This document shows, piece after piece, positions 1 to 9,154 of a DNA stretch of 64,000 nt (positions are counted from its first letter, which is position 1; every line of letters starts with the position of its first letter). Both the position numbers and the translations under genes were made by a program. The notes beneath the pieces were generated by a model. The model was not told where the DNA came from, did no database searches, and saw only the letters and a program-made list of their open reading frames with translations. This stretch comes from Treponema sp. (GTDB lineage: Bacteria > Spirochaetota > Spirochaetia > Treponematales > Treponemataceae): positions 1,071-65,070 of the forward strand of contig JAIKYZ010000027.1 of assembly GCA_024682655.1 (NCBI GenBank), read 5' to 3'.

Positions 1-1
1 A

Positions 2-3000
2 GTATATGCAATTCTTGATGAAGTAGTAAAAGAGCATCCGGTTATGCTTAACCGTGCGCCTACACTTCACCGTCTTGGTATTCAGGCATTTGAACCTGTA
101 CTTGTAGAAGGAAAAGCTCTTAAGCTTCACCCACTCGCATGTAAGGCCTTCAACGCCGACTTCGATGGTGACCAGATGGCTATCCACGTACCTCTGACTC
201 AGGCAGCTCAGATGGAATGCTGGACCTTGATGCTTTCTGCAAGAAACCTTCTTGACCCAGCTAACGGTAATACAATCGTTGCTCCTTCTCAGGACATGGT
301 ACTTGGTATTTACTACATGACTGCTATTAAACCTAACGCAAAGGGAACCGGAAAACGTTTCAGTAATCCTGATGAAGTTAGAATGGCAGCTGAACTTGGA
401 AATATTGAATGGCAGGCTTTGATTAAAGTTCCTGCACCTAAAAAATCATTTGATGCAAATGCTCTTAAAGTAAAGAATGATGATGCCTTTACTCAGGGTA
501 ATCAGACTTTCGAAGAAGGTGAATTAATCGAAACTTCAGCTGGACGTCTTGCATTTAATGAAGCTATGCCAGAAGAAATTGATTATGTAAACCGCCAGAT
601 GTTTGATAAATCACTCAAGAAGATGATTGAACACGTTTATCATACAAAAGGTTCTTGGATTACAATCAAAATGCATGATGCTATCAAGGATGTTGGTTAT
701 AAAAACGCTACATTCTACGGTGCTACAATTTGTATCGATGATATTCTTGTTCCTGAAGAAAAAAAGAAGATGGTTGATGATGCAAATAAGCAGGTTGATG
801 ACATCATTGGAAAATACAGTAGAGGTATTATTACTGCAGAAGAAAGATATAACACAATCTTAAGTGTTTGGAATAAGACTAACGAAGACCTTACAAAGAT
901 AATGATGAGTAAGCTTGAAAAAGATAAGCAGGGCTTCAACACTATCTGGACAATGGCCAACTCTGGTGCCCGTGGTTCTCGTGGTCAGATTTCTCAGCTT
1001 GCTGCAATGCGTGGTTTGATGACTAAACCTAACGGATCAATCATCGAACTTCCTGTTAAGGCTAACTTTAAGGAAGGTCTTAACGTGATGGAATACTTTA
1101 TTTCTACTAACGCTGCCCGTAAGGGTCTTTCTGATACCGCTCTTAAGACTGCCGATGCCGGTTACATGACTCGTCGTCTTGTTGATGTTGCTCAGGATGT
1201 AGTAGTAAATGAAGAAGACTGTCGTACAATCAACGGTATTGATTACGCCGCTATTAAAGATGGTGATGATATTAAAATTCCTTTAAGCAAACGTATTGAA
1301 GGCCACTTTACAATTGAACGCGTTGTTCACCCAATTACAGGTGAATTACTTTGCGATGTAAATCAGTACATTGATGAAAACTTAGCAAAGAAAATTGAAG
1401 CCGCTGGTGTAGAAAAAGTAAAACTTAGAACTGTACTTACTTGTGAAGCTAAACATGGTATTTGTGTTCGCTGTTATGGTAAGAACCTTGCTCGTAATAA
1501 GATTGTTGAAATTGGTGAAGCAGTTGGTATTGTTGCAGCTCAGTCAATCGGTCAGCCTGGTACACAGTTGACACTTCGAACATTCCACTCTGGTGGTGCT
1601 GCCGAAATGTCTACAGATGATACAAATATTGTTCTTAAGTTTGATGCATTTATCACTGATATCAAAGGTAAGAGTGTTACAACTAAGAAGGGTTATGAAT
1701 TATTTACTCGTAAGGGTCAGATGACTGTAATCCGTATTTTGGATCAGGTTGCTCTTGAAAAAGGTGATAAACTTCTTATTGAAGATGGAAAGAGCCTCAT
1801 GAGAGGAACAGCTTTAATTTCTAGAGCTGGAAAAGATATTGAATCAAAAGTTACAGGTAAAGTTCTTGTAAAAGATGATGTTGTTTATATCGTAAGTAAA
1901 GAACAGAAAATCGAAATTGCAAATGGTTCTACAATTTACGTAAAAGCTGGTGATTTAGTTAAAAAATCAGTTCCAATTGGTGAATTTGAACCTTACTCAG
2001 AACCTATAATTGCTGAAAATGATGGTTATGTACACTTTGAAGACATTATTGTTGGTTCTACTCTTGATGAAAAGAAAGATAATGTTTCTGGTGCAATTGA
2101 ACGTACAATTTCTGGTTTACACCTTGATGTTAAACAGCCACGTATTCTTATTACAGATGAAGCTGGTAACGAATTAGGTACTTATTACCTTCCAGAAGGT
2201 GCTGTACTTAAGGTTGAAGATAAAGCCGCAGTTGAGAAGGGTATTACACTTGCAACTATTCCTAAGGCTGCTCAGAAAACAAACGATATTACTGGTGGTC
2301 TTCCACGTGTATCTGAATTGTTTGAAGCTCGTAAACCTAAGAATCCTTGTGTACTTGCAAAGATTTCTGGTACTGTTAAATTCGATGGTATCAACAAAGG
2401 TAAGCGTAAGGTAGTAGTTGAAGATAAGTTCGGTCAGAAGTATGAACATTTAGTACCAATGGCTAAACGTATGATCGTTCGTGATGGCGACCAGGTAGAA
2501 GCTGGTGAACAGCTTTGTGCAGGATCTCCAAATCCACAGGACGTACTTGCAATCCTTGGTGAAAATGCTTTACAGAATTACTTAATGGATGAAATCCAGT
2601 CTGTATATAGCGCACAGGGTGTAGATATCAATGATAAACATATTGGAATTATCGTTCGTCAGATGCTCCGCAAAGTTGAAATCGTATCTGTAGGTGATAC
2701 AAAATTCATCTTTGGTCAGCAGGTTGATAAATATAAGTTCCACGAAGAAAATCAAAGAGTTATTGCTGAAGGTGGTAAACCTGCTATTGGTCATCCAATG
2801 TTCCAGGGTATTACTAAGGCTTCTCTTGGTGTTGATTCATTTATTTCTGCAGCATCATTCCAGGAAACAACTCGTGTTCTTACAAATGCAGCTATTTCTG
2901 GAGCAACAGATGGACTTCATGGTATCAAGGAAAATGTTGCAATTGGTCATATGATTCCTGCCGGAACTGGTATTAAGGATTACAAAGATGTAAGACTTTT

Positions 3001-3121
3001 TGATGATACTGATAAGGATCTTGATTTACAGATGAATGAGATTCTTGAAAAACGTCGTCAGGAAGAAGAACTTGAATCTCAACATGAAGAAACAAGTTAT
3101 GAATCAGAAGAAAATGACTAA
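2..3121 (+). CDS. rpoC: RNA polymerase beta' subunit, 5'-truncated by the window edge
   Basis: [10 protein letters not shown] catalytic motif, [13 protein letters not shown] trigger loop, [13 protein letters not shown]; frame is open upstream of the ORF-track start at 44. Confidence 0.99.
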   Translation, partial: VYAILDEVVKEHPVMLNRAPTLHRLGIQAFEPVLVEGKALKLHPLACKAFNADFDGDQMAIHVPLTQAAQMECWTLMLSARNLLDPANGNTIVAPSQDMVLGIYYMTAIKPNAKGTGKRFSNPDEVRMAAELGNIEWQALIKVPAPKKSFDANALKVKNDDAFTQGNQTFEEGELIETSAGRLAFNEAMPEEIDYVNRQMFDKSLKKMIEHVYHTKGSWITIKMHDAIKDVGYKNATFYGATICIDDILVPEEKKKMVDDANKQVDDIIGKYSRGIITAEERYNTILSVWNKTNEDLTKIMMSKLEKDKQGFNTIWTMANSGARGSRGQISQLAAMRGLMTKPNGSIIELPVKANFKEGLNVMEYFISTNAARKGLSDTALKTADAGYMTRRLVDVAQDVVVNEEDCRTINGIDYAAIKDGDDIKIPLSKRIEGHFTIERVVHPITGELLCDVNQYIDENLAKKIEAAGVEKVKLRTVLTCEAKHGICVRCYGKNLARNKIVEIGEAVGIVAAQSIGQPGTQLTLRTFHSGGAAEMSTDDTNIVLKFDAFITDIKGKSVTTKKGYELFTRKGQMTVIRILDQVALEKGDKLLIEDGKSLMRGTALISRAGKDIESKVTGKVLVKDDVVYIVSKEQKIEIANGSTIYVKAGDLVKKSVPIGEFEPYSEPIIAENDGYVHFEDIIVGSTLDEKKDNVSGAIERTISGLHLDVKQPRILITDEAGNELGTYYLPEGAVLKVEDKAAVEKGITLATIPKAAQKTNDITGGLPRVSELFEARKPKNPCVLAKISGTVKFDGINKGKRKVVVEDKFGQKYEHLVPMAKRMIVRDGDQVEAGEQLCAGSPNPQDVLAILGENALQNYLMDEIQSVYSAQGVDINDKHIGIIVRQMLRKVEIVSVGDTKFIFGQQVDKYKFHEENQRVIAEGGKPAIGHPMFQGITKASLGVDSFISAASFQETTRVLTNAAISGATDGLHGIKENVAIGHMIPAGTGIKDYKDVRLFDDTDKDLDLQMNEILEKRRQEEELESQHEETSYESEEND

Positions 3122-3143
3122 TTCTTCTATATAACATAATTAG

Positions 3144-3186
3144 AAAGGGTGGGGTGAGGATTAGATTTTCACTCCACCTTTTTTTA
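3144..3186 (+). terminator. Rho-independent terminator after rpoC
   Basis: AGGGTGGGGTGA...TCACTCCACCTT stem (G-U pairs) followed by a T-run. Confidence 0.8.
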
Positions 3187-3243
3187 TCTTTCCTGAGAAT
3201 TTATAAATTCAGTCAAAATTTATAGATACTTGGGTAAATTCTA

Positions 3244-3272
3244 TTGAATTCATTTTTTGAATTCACTAAAAT
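3244..3272 (+). promoter_or_regulatory. putative sigma70 promoter of rpsL-rpsG
   Basis: TTGAAT-N17-TAAAAT upstream of rpsL. Confidence 0.55.
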
Positions 3273-3349
3273 TGTTAAACCTATCCTTAATGGAGTTTTT
3301 ATTGAAAATCTTCCGGGGTGCTGACCGGAATAAAATAGGAGTATAGGCG

Positions 3350-3724
3350 ATGCCTACAATTAATCAATTAATCCGTCAGGGTCGTAAAGCGGCAGCTAAC
3401 AGAACCAAGTCTCCCGCACTTGATTCATGCCCTCAGAAACGTGGAGTTTGTACACGTGTTATGACTCAGACACCTAAGAAACCAAACTCAGCATTGAGAA
3501 AGATTGCTCGTGTTCGTTTGTCAAATGGTATTGAAGTAACTGCATACATTCCAGGTATTGGACATAACTTGCAGGAACACTCAGTAGTTTTAGTACGTGG
3601 TGGTCGTGTTAAGGACCTCCCTGGTGTACGTTATCACATTATTCGTGGTACAAAAGATACTCTTGGCGTTGAAGATCGTAAACGCGGTCGTTCAAAATAT
3701 GGTGCTAAGAGACCTAAGGCTTAA
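3350..3724 (+). CDS. rpsL: 30S ribosomal protein S12
   Basis: [11 protein letters not shown] and [11 protein letters not shown] motifs. Confidence 0.99.
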   Translation: MPTINQLIRQGRKAAANRTKSPALDSCPQKRGVCTRVMTQTPKKPNSALRKIARVRLSNGIEVTAYIPGIGHNLQEHSVVLVRGGRVKDLPGVRYHIIRGTKDTLGVEDRKRGRSKYGAKRPKA

Positions 3725-3736
3725 TGGAGGACTAAG

Positions 3737-4207
3737 ATGGGAAGACATAAGAAATCAATCGAACGTCCATTGATGCCGGATGTAAAATATAACAGCAAAG
3801 TAGTTTCAAAATTAGTTTGCCGTATGATGTTAGATGGAAAAAAAGATACTTGTCAGAAAATTGTTTATGAAGCAATGGATAAGTTAAAGGCTAAGACTGA
3901 CAAAGATCCTTTGGAAGTTCTTCTTAAGGCTCTTGATAATGTAAAACCAATGGTTGAAGTTAAATCTCGCCGTGTTGGTGGTGCTACATATCAGGTTCCA
4001 ATGGAGATTCGTGAATCACGTCGTGAAGCTCTTGCAATGAGATGGGTTATCGAAGCTGCAAGAAACAGATCTGGTCACGGTATGGCTGATACACTTGCTT
4101 CTGAATTATTAGATGCATTTAATAATACAGGTACAGCTTACAAGAAACGTGAAGACGTTCATAAGATGGCTGAAGCTAACAAAGCTTTTGCTCATTATAA
4201 GTGGTAG
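3737..4207 (+). CDS. rpsG: 30S ribosomal protein S7
   Basis: [15 protein letters not shown] and [12 protein letters not shown] motifs. Confidence 0.99.
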   Translation: MGRHKKSIERPLMPDVKYNSKVVSKLVCRMMLDGKKDTCQKIVYEAMDKLKAKTDKDPLEVLLKALDNVKPMVEVKSRRVGGATYQVPMEIRESRREALAMRWVIEAARNRSGHGMADTLASELLDAFNNTGTAYKKREDVHKMAEANKAFAHYKW

Positions 4208-4225
4208 GTTGTTAGACCTTAACAG

Positions 4226-4258
4226 AAAGGCGTTTATTTTTATAAACGCCTTTTTTTA
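4226..4258 (+). terminator. Rho-independent terminator after rpsG
   Basis: perfect 12-bp stem AAAGGCGTTTAT/ATAAACGCCTTT, TTTT loop, T-run. Confidence 0.85.
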
Positions 4259-4288
4259 TTTTTAAATTAAAATTAAAGAGGTAATAAA

Positions 4289-5350
4289 ATGGCTGATGTA
4301 ATTGTTCGCCCTGTTAAATTGGACGATGCTTGTGATCTTTTGAAAATTTATTCACCCTATGTAGAAAATACGGCTGTCAGCTTTGAATATGAAACTCCAG
4401 GTCTTGAAGAATTTAAGGAGCGGATTAAAAACATTACTCAAAAGTTTCCTTATTTAGTTTTATGTAAAGATAATGAAATTCTCGGTTATACCTATGCGTC
4501 TACTTTCCATGCTAGAGCAGCTTATAATCATAGTGTTGAGCTTTCTATATATATAAGAAAAGATTGTCATAATTGTGGATATGGAAGAATTCTTTATAAC
4601 AAACTGGAAGAAGAATTAAAAAAGAAAGGTTTTTTAGTAATGTATGTCTGTATTGCTGCAAGTTCCAGAAATCCAGACAAAAATCTTACTGATGCCAGTA
4701 TTAAATTTCACGAAAAAATGGGATTTAATAATGCTGGATTTTTTAAGAATTGTGCTAAAAAATTTGGGTGTTTTTATAATATTGTTTATATGCAGAAAAA
4801 TATTTCTTCCGAATTTCAAGATAATGAAAAAACAATAGATACAAGTGAAGTTGTTGATGTTTATGACAATCAAAAACGGGTAACAGGAAAAACTATTCAG
4901 CGAAGTGATTTTTTTGAAAATAATGGACTTTTAAGACTTGTTATTCACCTTTGTATTTTTAATAAAGAAGGAAAAATGTTAATTCAGCAAAGGGCTTCTT
5001 CTAAAAAAACTGGTGCAAATATCTGGGATTTTTCGGTTAGTGGACAAGTAATGGCCGGGGAAAGTTCACAAGAAGGGGCTCAGAGAGAATTAAAAGAAGA
5101 GTTGGGTATTCTTGCGCAAATTTCTCAGGCTCCTCAATTTACTAAAATCTTTTTTAACAGTTACAACGATTATTATGTCCTTCATTTGGATTGTGATCCT
5201 GTAAATCTTAAGTTTAAAAAGGATGAAGTTCAGGATGTAAAATGGGCTTCAAGAGAAGAAGTTTTAAAATTAAGAGAGAAAAATAAATTTCTTTCATATC
5301 CTGAATCATTAATAGGATTGGTTTTTGATATTGGTCAGGGCAAAGATTAA
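4289..5350 (+). CDS. GNAT (phosphinothricin-acetyltransferase/YncA-like) N-acetyltransferase fused to a Nudix hydrolase
   Basis: N-half resembles Pat/YncA (TAVSFEYETP, ELSIYIR, GYGRILY, SIKFHEKMGF); C-half carries an exact Nudix box GQVMAGESSQEGAQRELKEELGI; SD GAGG upstream. Confidence 0.85.
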   Translation: MADVIVRPVKLDDACDLLKIYSPYVENTAVSFEYETPGLEEFKERIKNITQKFPYLVLCKDNEILGYTYASTFHARAAYNHSVELSIYIRKDCHNCGYGRILYNKLEEELKKKGFLVMYVCIAASSRNPDKNLTDASIKFHEKMGFNNAGFFKNCAKKFGCFYNIVYMQKNISSEFQDNEKTIDTSEVVDVYDNQKRVTGKTIQRSDFFENNGLLRLVIHLCIFNKEGKMLIQQRASSKKTGANIWDFSVSGQVMAGESSQEGAQRELKEELGILAQISQAPQFTKIFFNSYNDYYVLHLDCDPVNLKFKKDEVQDVKWASREEVLKLREKNKFLSYPESLIGLVFDIGQGKD

Positions 5351-5377
5351 AAAAGTCAAAAATGCTTTACCAACCTA

Positions 5378-5406
5378 TTGCATAAAAACTTTAAAAAATA
5401 TATAAA
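5378..5406 (+). promoter_or_regulatory. sigma70 promoter driving the tuf leader and tuf
   Basis: TTGCAT-N17-TATAAA. Confidence 0.7.
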
Positions 5407-5411
5407 TAAAA

Positions 5412-5876
5412 TAATACTCTTTAAATTAAGGGTTTACTATCTGCTTTTACGCAGAATTGGGTTCTTTGAGAAGACAGGCGGATTTATTCCGGTGCGACCG
5501 TAAAGTTAATCAGAAATGATTTTCAGGGAGGCGGCCCATGATTAAAGTAATTTGTTACCGTTGGTAATAATTATAGATAAACTTGATTTTGGGTTTCTGT
5601 CAGCCTTTAAGGCAAAACTCGAAATACCAAACCAAGTTGTCAAAATGTTAGAGATAACGAAAGGTGGTTACGGGTTTGAATCATTCCGAATTGATGGAAT
5701 GATAAATAATTTCTAATCTGTAAACTAATCTAAAATCTCTAATAATAGCAAATATTGTGTCTGCGAATGTGATGTTTCTTAGTGAAGAAATGTCTCATTC
5801 TGGCTTAAAGTGCAACACATAAAAATAAGTAAAGCCAGAAAAAGAAGAAAAAAAAGTTTCTGGCAAGGAGACAAAC
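5412..5876 (+). ncRNA. candidate long structured 5' leader or ncRNA upstream of tuf
   Basis: ~465 nt with no long ORF and many hairpins (GAAA and GAGA tetraloops); no tRNA/tmRNA/RNase P signature recognised. Confidence 0.5.
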
Positions 5877-7061
5877 ATGGCAAAGGAGAAGTTCGTTAGA
5901 ACTAAACCTCACATGAACGTTGGTACTATTGGTCACGTTGACCATGGTAAGACTACACTTTCTGCTGCTATCACTACATATTGTGGAAACAAATATGGTG
6001 ATAAAGTTCTTAAGTATGATGAAATTGATAACGCTCCAGAAGAGAAGGAACGTGGTATTACTATCAATACTCGTCACTTGGAATATCAGTCTGATAAGAG
6101 ACACTATGCTCATATCGACTGTCCAGGACATGCTGACTATATTAAGAACATGATTACTGGTGCTGCTCAGATGGATGGTTCTATCCTCGTAGTTTCTGCT
6201 CCAGATTCAGTTATGCCACAGACACGTGAACACTTGTTGCTCGCACGTCAGGTAGGTGTACCAAAGATCATCGTTTTCTTAAACAAAGTTGATATGGTTG
6301 ATGATCCTGATCTTCTTGAACTCGTAGTAGAAGAAGTAAAAGATACTATTAAAGAATATGGTTTCCAGGAAGACACTCCAATTATTAAGGGATCTGCTTT
6401 CAAAACATTGAACGACCCAGCTCCAGAAAACACAGCTTGTATCGAAGAACTTCTCCAGGCTATGGATACATGGTTTGATGATCCAGTTCGTGATGATCAG
6501 AAACCATTCTTGATGCCAATTGAAGACATCTTTACAATTTCAGGACGTGGTACTGTAGTAACAGGTAAGATCGAACGTGGTGTTGTAAATATGAACGATG
6601 CTGTACAGATCGTAGGTATCCGCCCAACAGCTGATACAACTGTAACAGGTATCGAAATGTTCCAGAAGACTCTTGATCAGGGTATGGCTGGTGATAACGT
6701 TGGTATCCTCCTTCGTGGTATTGAAAAGAAAGATGTTGTTCGCGGACAGGTTCTTGCTGCACCAAAATCTATCACTCCACACACAAAGTTCGAAGCTCAG
6801 ATTTACGTTCTTTCAAAGGAAGAAGGTGGACGTCACTCACCATTCTTCACTGGATATCGCCCACAGTTCTACTTCAGAACTACAGATATTACAGGAACTA
6901 TCGAACTTGAAGCTGGTACAGACATGGTAAAACCAGGTGATAACGTAAAAGTTATCGGTGAACTTATTCACCCTATCGCTATGGACGAAGGTCTTAAACT
7001 TGCTATCCGTGAAGGCGGTCACACAATCGCTTCTGGACAGGTAACAAAAATTATTGAATAG
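5877..7061 (+). CDS. tuf: elongation factor Tu
   Basis: [25 protein letters not shown]; SD AAGGAG. Confidence 0.99.
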   Translation: MAKEKFVRTKPHMNVGTIGHVDHGKTTLSAAITTYCGNKYGDKVLKYDEIDNAPEEKERGITINTRHLEYQSDKRHYAHIDCPGHADYIKNMITGAAQMDGSILVVSAPDSVMPQTREHLLLARQVGVPKIIVFLNKVDMVDDPDLLELVVEEVKDTIKEYGFQEDTPIIKGSAFKTLNDPAPENTACIEELLQAMDTWFDDPVRDDQKPFLMPIEDIFTISGRGTVVTGKIERGVVNMNDAVQIVGIRPTADTTVTGIEMFQKTLDQGMAGDNVGILLRGIEKKDVVRGQVLAAPKSITPHTKFEAQIYVLSKEEGGRHSPFFTGYRPQFYFRTTDITGTIELEAGTDMVKPGDNVKVIGELIHPIAMDEGLKLAIREGGHTIASGQVTKIIE

Positions 7062-7080
7062 TTTTTAATATTTTTGCTAC

Positions 7081-7110
7081 AAAAGGGCTGGTTATTTAAT
7101 CAGTCCTTTT
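7081..7110 (+). terminator. weak terminator/attenuator hairpin between tuf and rpsJ
   Basis: AAAAGGGCTG/CAGTCCTTTT stem, short T tail. Confidence 0.5.
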
Positions 7111-7132
7111 GTATCGCAATAGGAGTATAGAA

Positions 7133-7441
7133 ATGGCTAATGGAAAGATTCGTGTCAGACTTCGCGCATTTGACGTAGAGTTGATCGATCAGAGTGCTAA
7201 AGCCATCGTGCAGACTGTTCAGAAGGCTGGGGCAAAGGTTTCAGGACCTATCCCACTTCCAACAAAAATTAATAAGGTAACAGTATTGCGTTCACCTCAC
7301 GTAAACAAAAAGTCACGTGAGCAGTTTGAAATGCGTACTCACAAACGTCTTATTGATATTATGAACCCATCACAAGAAGTAATGGATTCATTGATGAAAC
7401 TTGAACTTCCTGCCGGTGTTGATGTAGTAATCACACAGTAG
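7133..7441 (+). CDS. rpsJ: 30S ribosomal protein S10
   Basis: [23 protein letters not shown]; start moved to the ATG after SD AGGAG. Confidence 0.99.
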   Translation: MANGKIRVRLRAFDVELIDQSAKAIVQTVQKAGAKVSGPIPLPTKINKVTVLRSPHVNKKSREQFEMRTHKRLIDIMNPSQEVMDSLMKLELPAGVDVVITQ

Positions 7442-7451
7442 TGAATTAAAA

Positions 7452-7557
7452 TGCCTGACCTTTATGGTTGGGAAAAGGGTACGGTCCCCTTGGATCTGGG
7501 ATGACGGCCTAAATTAATTTAATGGAATGATGGTAAGTAATTACCAGTCACTTCCAT
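7452..7557 (+). promoter_or_regulatory. structured intercistronic element before rplC (candidate r-protein leader)
   Basis: GC-rich stems plus the hairpin ATGGAA-TGA-TGGTAA-gtaa-TTACCA-gTCA-cTTCCAT ending just before the SD. Confidence 0.5.
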
Positions 7558-7573
7558 ATAGGAGAATATCAGA

Positions 7574-8194
7574 ATGAAAGGTCTGATTGCTAAAAAAGTT
7601 GGCATGACACAGATATTCGACGAAAGCGGTAATCTTACACCAGTAACCGTGATCCAGGTCGAGCCTAATGTTGTTGTTGCCAAGAAAACAAAGGAAAATT
7701 GCGGTTATGATGCAGTAGTTCTTGGTTTAGATGATATGAAAGCTTCTAAAGCAAGTAAAGCATATGCCGGTCAATTCCCAGAGAACATCAATCCAAAACG
7801 TCACTTGAAAGAGTTCCGTAGCTTTGAAAAGGACGTTAATGTTGGAGATGAAATTGGTCTTGAACTTTTTGAAGGTACACGTTTCTTAGACGTAACTGCA
7901 ACTTCAAAAGGTAAAGGTTTCCAGGGTGTTATGAAGAGATGGGGCTTCCATGGTGGTCGTGCTACTCATGGTTCTAAATTCCATCGTGAGCCAGGTGGTA
8001 CAGGTGAATGTACAACACCAGGACACAGTTTCAAAAATATTAAATTACCTGGAAGAATGGGATTCAAACGCGTAACAATTCAGAATTTGAAAGTAGTAAA
8101 AATTGATCCTGAATTGAAAGTAATTATGGTACGTGGTGCAGTTCCTGGAGTTAAGAATTGTACTCTTATCGTTAAGTCCGCAGTTAAGAAATAG
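7574..8194 (+). CDS. rplC: 50S ribosomal protein L3
   Basis: KKVGMTQIF, SKGKGFQGVMKRWGF. Confidence 0.99.
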   Translation: MKGLIAKKVGMTQIFDESGNLTPVTVIQVEPNVVVAKKTKENCGYDAVVLGLDDMKASKASKAYAGQFPENINPKRHLKEFRSFEKDVNVGDEIGLELFEGTRFLDVTATSKGKGFQGVMKRWGFHGGRATHGSKFHREPGGTGECTTPGHSFKNIKLPGRMGFKRVTIQNLKVVKIDPELKVIMVRGAVPGVKNCTLIVKSAVKK

Positions 8195-8204
8195 GAGATA
8201 GAAT

Positions 8205-8843
8205 ATGGAAAAGAAAGTATATTCAACTTCTGGAAAAGAGCTGCGTACAATTAATCTTGATGATAAAGTATTCGGTCTTCCAGTAAATGATGACGTAATC
8301 TATTATGCAATTACAAATGAATTAGCTAATAAACGTGTTGGTACAGCTTGTACAAAAACACGCAAAGAAGTTCACGGAAGTAATAACAAACCTTATAAAC
8401 AGAAGGGTACTGGTAATGCTCGTCGTGGTGATAAGAAATCTCCTATCACAGTAGGTGGTGGTACAATTTTTGGACCAAAACCAAGAGATTTCTCTTACTC
8501 AATTCCTAAAAAGGAAAAGAGACTTGCTATGATGACAATTTTAAGTGCTCACGCACAGGGTGATAGACTTACTGTTGTTGAAGATTTTACTATTGATAGT
8601 GGTAAAACAAAGGATTTAGTAAAGATTCTTAATAATTTTGCTAAAGATGAAAAGACAGTATTAATCTTGAAAGATGATGATTCAAAAGTAAAACAGGCAG
8701 GACGTAATATTCCTAACCTTACATTCCTTTCTTATAACCGTCTTAACGCTCATGATTTATATTATGGACGCAAAGTTGTAGTTATGGAAAGCGCAGTTAA
8801 ATCTCTTTCAGATTTCTATGCTAATGATAAGGAGGCTAAATAA
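8205..8843 (+). CDS. rplD: 50S ribosomal protein L4
   Basis: KPYKQKGTGNARRG, GGGTIFGPKPRD. Confidence 0.99.
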   Translation: MEKKVYSTSGKELRTINLDDKVFGLPVNDDVIYYAITNELANKRVGTACTKTRKEVHGSNNKPYKQKGTGNARRGDKKSPITVGGGTIFGPKPRDFSYSIPKKEKRLAMMTILSAHAQGDRLTVVEDFTIDSGKTKDLVKILNNFAKDEKTVLILKDDDSKVKQAGRNIPNLTFLSYNRLNAHDLYYGRKVVVMESAVKSLSDFYANDKEAK

Positions 8844-9127
8844 TGAATTACGAAGATATTCTTATTGAACCTGTTGTATCAGAAAAAGCAAGTGCTTTAC
8901 GTGAACAGAATAAATATGTATTCATCGTACAGCCAAGTGCAACAAAAACTCAGATTAAAGAAGCTGTTGCACGTATGTTTAAAGTAAAAGTTGTCGGCTG
9001 CACAACAATGAATGTGCTTGGAAAAATGAAACGTCTTCGTGGTAAACCAGGACGTACTTCTTCATACAAGAAAGCAATCGTTCGCCTTGCAGAAGGTGAA
9101 ACAATCGCTGTGTTTGAAGGTGTTTAA
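8843..9127 (+). CDS. rplW: 50S ribosomal protein L23
   Basis: PVVSEKA, YKKAIVRL; operon position. Confidence 0.98.
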   Translation: MNYEDILIEPVVSEKASALREQNKYVFIVQPSATKTQIKEAVARMFKVKVVGCTTMNVLGKMKRLRGKPGRTSSYKKAIVRLAEGETIAVFEGV

Positions 9128-9154
9128 TCCAAGTAGGAATTAAGGGGAATTAAG

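Noticed and set aside
3350-3724. Streptomycin-resistance allele of rpsL
   Set aside because: The TPKKPNS and RVKDLPG lysines are wild type.
5412-5876. tRNA cluster, tmRNA, RNase P RNA or group II intron upstream of tuf
   Set aside because: GGGTTTGAATC and GTGCG are only partial look-alikes; no cloverleaf, GAGGAAAGTCC or domain V is present.
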